Shown in pieces: positions 57,587 through 64,000 of a stretch of 64,000 bases of DNA. Under the pieces are notes generated by a model. It saw only the letters and a program-made list of their open reading frames with translations. It had not been told where the DNA came from and searched no databases. The stretch's first letter is position 1. Every line of letters begins with the position of its first letter. Origin of the DNA: a plasmid; sequence record NZ_CP025192.1; one strand, given 5' to 3'. Both the position numbers and the translations under genes were made by a program.

Positions 57587-57912
57587 GGCTTCGAGCGGCG
57601 GTCGAGCTCCGCCACCGCGAAATAGGCCGACGCCTTGCGCAGGATCTCATTGGCCTGGCGCAGCTCGCGAACCTCGCGTTCCAGAGCCTTGATCCGCTCC
57701 CCCTCCGCACTCGTCGGCCCAGGCCGCAGGCCCCGGTCGCGCTCAGCCTGCCTTACCCAGCCGCGCAGAGTCTCCGTCGTGCAGCCGATCTTGGCCGCGA
57801 TCGAGCCGATCGCCGCCCACTGCGAGGCGTGGTCGCCTCCGTGCTCCAGCACCATCCGCACCGCCCGTTCCCGGACCTCAGGCGAATACCGGTTCGACGT
57901 CTTCTTCGTCAT
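57583..57912 (-). CDS. IS3-family transposase OrfA of IS C.
   Basis: [28 protein letters not shown]... Overlaps orfB by 4 nt. Confidence 0.9.
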   Translation of the reverse strand: MTKKTSNRYSPEVRERAVRMVLEHGGDHASQWAAIGSIAAKIGCTTETLRGWVRQAERDRGLRPGPTSAEGERIKALEREVRELRQANEILRKASAYFAVAELDRRSKP

Positions 57913-57982
57913 GGCTCCATCCTCTCAAGAATAGGAGCCTCCAGGGAAACCGGGGCGGTTCACCACCGATGGCGACCGGCAG

Positions 57983-58213
57983 ATGGTGGAGATCCTGACC
58001 AGGGTGTTGGACGACGGTCTGGCTGCGGTTGAGGCCGCTTGCAGCGAGGCGCTGCGTGAGGGCGTCCACTCGGCCGATGTCATCCTCAACATCCTCGCCC
58101 GCCAGCGCGAGCCACCGCCACCGGTGACCATCCTGACCCCGGAGGCGCTCCGGCTGCGGCATGCGCCCCTGGCCGACTGCAGCCGCTACGACAGCCTGAG
58201 GAGAGGACCCTGA
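57983..58213 (+). pseudogene. istA: istA 3' part of IS21 number 2.
   Basis: MVEILTRVLDDG...VILNILARQ matches the IstA C-terminus. Confidence 0.7.
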
Positions 58214-58941
58214 TGGAACGCACCGCTATCCTCGCCACCATGGGCGAGCTGAAGCTCTACGGCATGCGCGCGGCGTTTGACGCCATCATCACGACCGCCG
58301 TCAAACGCCAGCATGAGCCACAGCAGGTTATCGGCGACTTTGTCTCGGCCGAGATCGCCGAGAAGCAGGCGCGCTCGATCAAGTATCAGATCGCCACCGC
58401 CAAGCTGCCGCTGGCCAAGGACGTGGACGAGTTCGGGTTCGACGGTACCCCGGTTAACGAGGCTCTGGTCCGTGATCTCGCGGGTGGCGGGTTCCTGGCC
58501 CAGCAGCGCAACGTGGTGCTCGTCGGTGGCACCGGCACGGGCAAAACCCATTTGGCTATCGCCATTGCCCGGGCCTGCATCCGCGATGGAGCGCGCGGAC
58601 GGTTCTACAACGTGGTTGACCTGGTGAACCGCCTCGAGGCCGAGACCCGGGCCGGACGACAAGGGCGCATCGCCGATCATCTCTGCCGCCTGGATTTCGT
58701 TGTCCTCGACGAGCTCGGCTATCTGCCATTCGCCCAGTCCGGCGGCCAGTTGCTGTTCCACCTTGTCAGCCGTCTCTACGAGCAGACCTCGGTCATCGTC
58801 ACCACCAACCTCGCTTTTGGTGAATGGCCCAGCGTCTTTGGGGACGCCAAGATGACCACCGCCTTGCTCGACCGCCTCACTCACCACTGCGACATCGTCG
58901 AGACCGGCAACGACAGTTGGCGATTCAAGAACCGCGCCTGA
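58213..58941 (+). CDS. istB: IS21-family helper ATPase IstB (IS21 number 2).
   Basis: Walker [19 protein letters not shown] and Walker [10 protein letters not shown]. Confidence 0.9.
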   Translation: MERTAILATMGELKLYGMRAAFDAIITTAVKRQHEPQQVIGDFVSAEIAEKQARSIKYQIATAKLPLAKDVDEFGFDGTPVNEALVRDLAGGGFLAQQRNVVLVGGTGTGKTHLAIAIARACIRDGARGRFYNVVDLVNRLEAETRAGRQGRIADHLCRLDFVVLDELGYLPFAQSGGQLLFHLVSRLYEQTSVIVTTNLAFGEWPSVFGDAKMTTALLDRLTHHCDIVETGNDSWRFKNRA

Positions 58942-58963
58942 ACGCCTTACAAGAGGGGTCCCT

Positions 58964-60609
58964 TTTGGGCTCTGACGCAATTTCGATGGCGGTCATCGGC
59001 CTGCTGCTATGACGCGGGCCTGGAGCAGGTCGAGATTCCCTCTGCCATACATCTGGCGTTTGACCACCTTCAGCTTGTTGATCTGCCCCTCGGCTTGGGC
59101 GTTGGACCAAGCGGAGGAAATTGCGGCTCGGACGGCGACATGATCCCGGGCGAGCCCGCGCGCGAACGGGGCCAGGAGGCTGGCTGCCGCCCTGTCGAGC
59201 CAGCCATCCAACGCGGCCTCATGTTTTCGGCGGATCAAGGCGTGAAAGGCTTCGACGATCTCCCGCGCCTGGACCAGGGTAGGCACCGCTGCTTCGATAG
59301 CAGCCACCGTCACAGTCTGCGTCTTGGACAGGCTGTCACGCGCCATGGTCATCAGGCGTGCCACGGTGCGGGCCGACGGAACACGGCTCAGCCCCTCGAC
59401 GTTGACCTGCTCTGACCGGCGGCGACGCGTCGCCCACTCTGCGACCACCCGCAGCGAGCCGTGGAAGCCGAGATCGCGAAGCTCGCGCCACAGCGCGGCG
59501 CCGTTGCGGACTCCAGCCGCCCAGCGCGCGTCCAGCCAGGGGAGGTGTGCGTCGAGCGAGCTTTCCCGCGTGCGGAACACATCCGCGCGCTGGCCGCGCA
59601 GGATGCGCCGCACCGTTCCGCGGCTATGACCGGTGCACCGGACGATCTCCTTGATCGCCTTGCCCGCCTTGTGCAGCGCCAAGACCGCGGCGTTGGCGTC
59701 CTCACGTCGGAGATAACCCTCGTACTGGAGCTTCTCCGCCGCGGTCAGCAGCCGGGGGTCGACCGTGGTGGCGCCGATAGCCGCGCGCACCTGGCGCATG
59801 CAGGCTCGGGTCGCGGCCAGAAAAGCCTGGCTGGCGTTCTCCATCAGGTGCCAACGATCGGCTACCTGCATCGCATCAGGTAGCGCCCGTGCCGCGGCCA
59901 GGGCGTAGGCGCCACCGCGGTCGCGGGTCACGATCTCGATCTGCGGCTGGCCGGACAACCAGGCCTGCGCCGTTGCGGGCTCGCGGTCGGGCAAGAGGGC
60001 GATAGTGCGTCGTCGCTCCAGGTCGCAGATCAGCGTGCCGTAACGGTGGTTGCGCTTCCACGCCCAATCATCGATCCCGACCGCCTGCGGTGGCGTGAAC
60101 GCTGGGCTTCCACGGCGCCGGACGACCCGCAGCAAGGTGTCGTTGCTGACCGGTAATCGCAGCCTCTGGGCGAAGCTCGCGGCCGGACGGCCGCCAAGCG
60201 CCAGGCCGAGGTGGTGGACGATCTCGTCCAGCCGGGCCGTGCGCCGAGCCCATGGCGTCGCAGCCACGAACCGTTCGGAGAAGATGCGGCGGGGGCACAG
60301 GGCACGGTCGCAGCGGAACCGCCGGACGAGGAGCTTCAATTCCACAGGACGCCCGCTCAACGGGAGATCGGCCAAGTTCCGAGTGTAGCGGCTGTGCACT
60401 CGATGGCTGACGCCACCACAGCCGGGACAGATCCCTGCTACCGTTGATGGTCGCACCGTCATCACCACCGCTGTGCCGGTCTCGTCCACGCTCTCCAGGA
60501 CGAATCCTGGCGGGATTAAAGCTGCTGGACTGAGGTTCCTCGCCATCCTGCTGATCCCTGACTGACCAGGGAACCCAGCACGTCAACTTCAGCAAAATTG
60601 AGTCAGAAC
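58964..60609 (-). mobile_element. ISL3-family insertion sequence (1646 bp) with an 8-bp target duplication CCCTTTTG.
   Basis: The ends GGCTCTGACGCAATTT and AAATTGAGTCAGAAC are mutually inverted. The direct repeat CCCTTTTG occurs immediately outside both ends (58956-58963 and 60610-60617). Confidence 0.8.
58993..60546 (-). CDS. ISL3-family transposase.
   Basis: 517 aa. N-terminal zinc finger (CPGCGGVSHRVHSRYTR), HTH and a DDE_Tnp_ISL3 core. Confidence 0.9.
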   Translation of the reverse strand: MARNLSPAALIPPGFVLESVDETGTAVVMTVRPSTVAGICPGCGGVSHRVHSRYTRNLADLPLSGRPVELKLLVRRFRCDRALCPRRIFSERFVAATPWARRTARLDEIVHHLGLALGGRPAASFAQRLRLPVSNDTLLRVVRRRGSPAFTPPQAVGIDDWAWKRNHRYGTLICDLERRRTIALLPDREPATAQAWLSGQPQIEIVTRDRGGAYALAAARALPDAMQVADRWHLMENASQAFLAATRACMRQVRAAIGATTVDPRLLTAAEKLQYEGYLRREDANAAVLALHKAGKAIKEIVRCTGHSRGTVRRILRGQRADVFRTRESSLDAHLPWLDARWAAGVRNGAALWRELRDLGFHGSLRVVAEWATRRRRSEQVNVEGLSRVPSARTVARLMTMARDSLSKTQTVTVAAIEAAVPTLVQAREIVEAFHALIRRKHEAALDGWLDRAAASLLAPFARGLARDHVAVRAAISSAWSNAQAEGQINKLKVVKRQMYGRGNLDLLQARVIAAGR

Positions 60610-60944
60610 CCCTTTTGCGCGCCGATCTGGGGTCCCAATTCAGTGCCGATTGACAGGTAGGGCGGCTCGTCGACCAGGAGGGCGTAGGCGCGTTGCAGAG
60701 CCTCCAGCTTCAGCGGATCGGTCTGCTCCGCGAAGCCCCGCAGCGTGCCCATCGCGATCTCCACCTCGCTCCGGCGCGGGGCCAGCGCCGCCTCGAACTC
60801 CGCTATCGAGGCGGCTTTCGCCGGCTCGACCGCGACCAGGAAGTCGAGGGCCGCCCGCACGTCGCGCTCGGTGATGAAGTGCGGGTGGTCGGGGCCGGCA
60901 TAGCGGATCACGGTGGGACGCGAGACGAAGGTCATGGCATGGCC
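60603..60944 (-). CDS. Hypothetical small protein.
   Basis: 113-aa tail of a long artefactual ORF. Natural composition. It follows the wHTH gene with a 13-nt overlap. Confidence 0.3.
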   Translation of the reverse strand, partial: GHAMTFVSRPTVIRYAGPDHPHFITERDVRAALDFLVAVEPAKAASIAEFEAALAPRRSEVEIAMGTLRGFAEQTDPLKLEALQRAYALLVDEPPYLSIGTELGPQIGAQKGF

Positions 60945-61867
60945 TCCTGGTGGGGCTTCGGGAGGGTGCGGGGGCGCCGCAGGCAGCGCTCCCCGGGGGG
61001 CGGCAGGCCGGGCATGTCGGCCCGCGCGTACCGGCCCCAGCCGATGCGGACCACCAGCCCCGCGACGCGCAGGGCACGCAGATGGCCGGTGACGTTCGAC
61101 ACCGAGCGGCCGACCTCGCCGGCGATGTCGCAGGCCTGCCGCGGGGTCTCCAGACAGGCCAGGATGGCGTCGCCCACGCGCCGCGGCCGCCGCCTCGGAT
61201 TCCCGCCCGACGGGGCCGGCAGGGAGACCAATCCCGTCCGTGAGGTTTCGGTCGCCACGTAGCGGCCGTGGCCGGTGCGGGCCAACTCGCCGCCGCGCAG
61301 CAGCGTCTGCGCCAGGTCGTTCACCCGCGACGTCGGCAGGTCCAGTGCCCAGGCCACGTCCTGGATGCGAAGTTCCTGCCCCGGTGCCGCCAGCAGGGCG
61401 CCACGCACCACCATCAGCTCCAGCGCACCGAGGCGGCTCGGCGTCAGGGGGCGCGTGCCGGCGCAGTGCCAGCGCAGCACCCGTTTCCGGTGACTTTCCG
61501 CGCTGCCGAGGCGGACCAGCGCCTGCAATTCGGTGGCAGCCGTGTCCATGGGCAGGCCGCTGCGCGCCGCGACATCGGCGAGGTCGATCAAGGCTCCACC
61601 CGCGAGCGCTGCCGCCACGCGCCGGCTCGGGGACCAATCCGGGGCAACCGGCCCATCCCGCAGGCCCGAGAGCGCATCGCGGGCGATCAGCAGGTCCTGG
61701 CAGTAGGGGCGCACCCGGCCGTCGCGGCAGAGCCGCAGCAGCCTCCGCGCCACCACGAGCGGCGCGGCGCCGCAGCGCCGGGCGAGATCCGCGACCCCTC
61801 GCGGCGTCGACAGCGCGGCCAGGAGGCGACCCGGCAGATCCTTTTCCATGGCCCGGGGTGCCGTCAT
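60932..61867 (-). CDS. Multi-winged-helix DNA-binding protein (putative transfer regulator).
   Basis: Two or three wHTH-like repeats (LRIQDVAWALDLPTSRVNDLAQTLLRGGELARTGHGRYV and ACDIAGEVGRSVSNVTGHLRALRVAGLVVRIGWGRYAR). ATGA overlap with the upstream coupling-protein gene. Confidence 0.45.
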   Translation of the reverse strand: MTAPRAMEKDLPGRLLAALSTPRGVADLARRCGAAPLVVARRLLRLCRDGRVRPYCQDLLIARDALSGLRDGPVAPDWSPSRRVAAALAGGALIDLADVAARSGLPMDTAATELQALVRLGSAESHRKRVLRWHCAGTRPLTPSRLGALELMVVRGALLAAPGQELRIQDVAWALDLPTSRVNDLAQTLLRGGELARTGHGRYVATETSRTGLVSLPAPSGGNPRRRPRRVGDAILACLETPRQACDIAGEVGRSVSNVTGHLRALRVAGLVVRIGWGRYARADMPGLPPPGERCLRRPRTLPKPHQEAMP

Positions 61868-63996
61868 GCCACGAGCCGCGTGACCAGGGAGCGCAGGAGC
61901 TCCGCAAGGACCTCCGGCGGCATCGGCGGCGGCTCGGGCAGGGTGATGACCCTGGCCTCGGCCACCGTCGCGCCGATCGCCGCCGCAGTGGCCCGGGCTT
62001 CCGCCGGATCGCTGCCGGCCTGCCGCTCGATGGCGGCCACCGCCTGTTCCAGACGCGGGTCGCGCCCCATGCCGAAGGTGCCGGCCGCCACGACCGACGC
62101 GGCGCCCGCCGCCTCCGGCGCTGCCCGGGTCGCCGTCTCCAGCATCGTGGTGCTCGACGTGCTGGGCGGCTCCGTCCCGGCCTCGCTGGCAGGGCGCGGC
62201 ACCTCCACCGTCCCGGCGGCGGCCAGGGCCACGGCTGCCGCCTCATCCAGGGTCGGCGCTGCCGCCGTCTCCGCAGCTGCCAGCATCGCCGCGAGGACCG
62301 GATCGTTCTCGGCCGCCTCCCGCCCAACCGGGACCAGCCCCTTACCGATCTGGGCCGACACCTCGCCGATCCGCTCTGCCGTCTTCCTGGTGTCCTCGGA
62401 GGGGCCGTGTAGCAGCACCGGGCGGTTGCGGCGGATCGACCCCTCGACCGGGATATCGGCGTGGAACAGCTTCGCGTAGATGCGCCGGCCGCCCAGCATG
62501 ACGATCGCCTCGCCCTCCAGCAGCCGCTGCAGATCCGACCAGGCGACGCGGTTGACCTTGCGGACCTCGGCCGAGGGACCCTCGCGGTAGTTGCCCGCCT
62601 CGCCCGCCACGAAGCTGGTGGCCTGCGTCACCTCGGTCTCGCCGGCGGTCTTCTCGATCCAGTCGCGGGTGCGCTGCGCGTCCTGCTGGCGCATGGCGAT
62701 GGTCAGGTTGGCGTTGCCGAGCAGCGAGGCGGTCTTCTCGCCGAGCCGGGCCCAGAGGCCGCTGACCTCCTGGAAGGCCAGCCAGAAGCAGATGTTGAGG
62801 CCGCGCCCCATCGCCAGCATGCGGTCCATGCCGTTGGTGGCGTAGTAGGCCAGCTCGTCGAACACGACGTAGAACGGTCCCTCGCCCATGCCGGGCTTGA
62901 GCGCGAAGATCTCGCGGCTGTCGCCCTCCAGCCGGGCGCCGAGCAGCTGCGCCAGCATGCCGCGCAGGCTGGCCACGACGATCTTGCCCAGCGAGGCCAG
63001 GGTGTCGTCGGAGTTCTCCAGCGCCGGCAGGTTGACGACGAGGATGCGCCGGTTCAGCACCACGTCGCGCATGTCGATGTCACCATGCAGCACCTTGAAG
63101 ATGTGGCCGAGGCTGACCGAGAGCTGCGTGAAGGGGCCGGTGAAGTAGAACAGCGCGAAGCCATGCTGCTTGGAGGGTTCCTCGCCCTTCTGCTTGTTGA
63201 AGGGCTGGGTGGTGTCGTAGCCCGGCAGCTCGCCGAGATAGGCGTTCAGCGGGTAGATGATCTCCTCGGGCATGTTGTTGACGTGGATCTCCGTCACCGT
63301 GCCGCTGATACCCTCGCGGTGCAGGAAGATTCTCCGGGTGGCGAGCGTGCCGATGGAGCGCAGCTCCAGCGCGAAGCGGATGGTCTCGATGTTGACCGGG
63401 ATGCCCCGGTTGTCGCGCATCCAGACCAGCACCGGGGCGATGGTGCCGACCAGCGCGATGGCGCGGGTGCGGAAGACGCCGTTGCTGTCCTCGGAGCGCT
63501 GCTCGCCCAGCTGGCTGACCAGCATCTCGCGCAGCGCGTCGGCATTGCCCGAGGCGAAGGGATTGAAGGTGTTGCTGTCCTTCACGCCGGAGGCGACGAG
63601 GAGGTTGAGGGCGAGCAGGTCGTCCTCGCGGCCGTAGCGCCGCAGCAGCGCCGCCACCTGGCCGAACAGCTGGTTGTCGGCCTTGCCGTCCACCAGCACG
63701 AAGCCCGAGCCCTGGGCGAGCGCGTTGGTCAGCAGGCTCAGGATGGCGGTTGTCTTGCCGGCGCCGGTGGTGCCGGGGATGGTGCCGTGCTGGCGGGCAT
63801 CCTCGTTGGTGATCCACAGCTCCTGCCCGCTCACCTGGTCGTTGCCGATGTAGAGGCTGCCCGCGGCCATGCGCGGGCGGCGGTCCTTGGGGCTGGGGTA
63901 GTTCCAGTCCGGCTGCGCGGCGCTGCGCGGCAGGCGCAGCGGCAGCCTGATACGCCGGCGCATCACCCAGGCCGCATAGGCGAGCGACCCCGGCAC
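61864..63996 (-). CDS. Conjugative coupling-protein-like ATPase (TraD/TrwB/TraG family). The N-terminus may lie beyond the window end.
   Basis: Walker A IPGTTGAGKTTAILSLL. FtsK/HerA-like P-loop architecture of about 700 aa. The ORF reaches the window edge at an in-frame GTG. Confidence 0.7.
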   Translation of the reverse strand: MPGSLAYAAWVMRRRIRLPLRLPRSAAQPDWNYPSPKDRRPRMAAGSLYIGNDQVSGQELWITNEDARQHGTIPGTTGAGKTTAILSLLTNALAQGSGFVLVDGKADNQLFGQVAALLRRYGREDDLLALNLLVASGVKDSNTFNPFASGNADALREMLVSQLGEQRSEDSNGVFRTRAIALVGTIAPVLVWMRDNRGIPVNIETIRFALELRSIGTLATRRIFLHREGISGTVTEIHVNNMPEEIIYPLNAYLGELPGYDTTQPFNKQKGEEPSKQHGFALFYFTGPFTQLSVSLGHIFKVLHGDIDMRDVVLNRRILVVNLPALENSDDTLASLGKIVVASLRGMLAQLLGARLEGDSREIFALKPGMGEGPFYVVFDELAYYATNGMDRMLAMGRGLNICFWLAFQEVSGLWARLGEKTASLLGNANLTIAMRQQDAQRTRDWIEKTAGETEVTQATSFVAGEAGNYREGPSAEVRKVNRVAWSDLQRLLEGEAIVMLGGRRIYAKLFHADIPVEGSIRRNRPVLLHGPSEDTRKTAERIGEVSAQIGKGLVPVGREAAENDPVLAAMLAAAETAAAPTLDEAAAVALAAAGTVEVPRPASEAGTEPPSTSSTTMLETATRAAPEAAGAASVVAAGTFGMGRDPRLEQAVAAIERQAGSDPAEARATAAAIGATVAEARVITLPEPPPMPPEVLAELLRSLVTRLVA

Positions 63997-64000
63997 CAGC

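Larger units (their letters stand above)
56645..57981 (-). mobile_element. IS3-family insertion sequence (IS C, 1337 bp; related to IS B at 46645-47965 but diverged).
   Basis: Terminal repeats TGAACCGCCCCGGGTATGCCGGAGG at 56645 and the reverse complement at 57981. A 4-bp duplication CCAC flanks it. Removing the IS restores the istA frame (...KLATATDGDRQMVEIL). Confidence 0.8.
55298..60653 (+). mobile_element. IS21-family element number 2, carrying nested insertions: an IS3-family element in istA and an ISL3-family element in its right end.
   Basis: The left end TGTTGGAGGGGTGATCGGCGTCCAAACGGGACCCC and the right end (reverse complement TGTCAATCGGCACTGAATTGGGACCCC) share TGT..ATCGGC..GGGACCCC. 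Repeated GGGACCCC/GGGGTCCC subterminal sites. Boundaries are approximate, within about 10 bp. Confidence 0.65.

Noticed and set aside
60603-62479. The 574-aa minus-strand ORF and the 390/403-aa plus-strand ORFs.
   Set aside because: Low-complexity Arg/Pro/Gly. They are replaced by the wHTH gene (60932-61867) and a small downstream gene, which form start/stop overlaps with the coupling-protein ATPase gene.
1-64000. tRNA genes, attachment sites or CRISPR arrays.
   Set aside because: No tRNA-like T-arm/acceptor patterns and no regularly spaced direct repeats were seen on manual scanning. The only integrase present is a C-terminal fragment. A tRNAscan/CRISPR tool run would be needed to be certain.

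Overview
The window looks like a mosaic conjugative plasmid or ICE-like backbone from an alphaproteobacterium. By eye the DNA is very GC-rich (roughly 70% G+C), except for one segment of about 50% G+C at roughly 49.4-53.9 kb.

Supported content, left to right:
- A LexA-box-preceded imuA-like gene, and a HelD/UvrD-family helicase with Zn ribbons preceded by a DUF6471-like HTH gene.
- A leading-region-like block: ssb with a large structured region upstream, and several small hypothetical genes. One of these ends in an SSB-tail-like DFDDSEIPF.
- A Uma2-family endonuclease.
- A DNA-transfer (Dtr) module: a TraK/L/M-like leader operon, an SLT lytic transglycosylase, a candidate oriT, a TrwA-like accessory protein, and a MobF relaxase-helicase.
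- A type I R-M operon (hsdM-rhuM-hsdS-hsdR), then a GDSL hydrolase, nhaA and a DUF2254 protein.
- An intact IS21-family element (istAB).
- A metal-resistance block. It holds the copper genes orfX-copA-copB, a fused MFS/spermidine-synthase-like gene, the metal regulator and efflux pair csoR/rcnR-rcnA, and the chromate genes chrB-chrA. Two near-identical CsoR-type operators sit inside sigma70-like promoters.
- A padR-flavoprotein-MFS operon.
- An IS3-family element interrupted by a second IS3-family element, an IS66 orf1 remnant and an integrase fragment.
- The lower-GC island: the toxin-antitoxin pair higB-higA, then a three-gene operon of DNA methyltransferase, DUF262 (GmrSD-N/ParB-like) protein and HEPN-like protein (Rx4H).
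- A RepA-like gene behind an iteron array and an AT-rich segment (oriV-like).
- A second IS21-family element carrying nested IS3 and ISL3 insertions.
- A small hypothetical gene, a multi-wHTH regulator and a TraD/TrwB-like coupling ATPase that runs off the window.

The methyltransferase-DUF262-HEPN operon next to higBA in the horizontally acquired island is my best candidate for a previously undescribed restriction-like defence system.

Many long ORFs in the six-frame track are alternate-frame artefacts of the GC-rich DNA.
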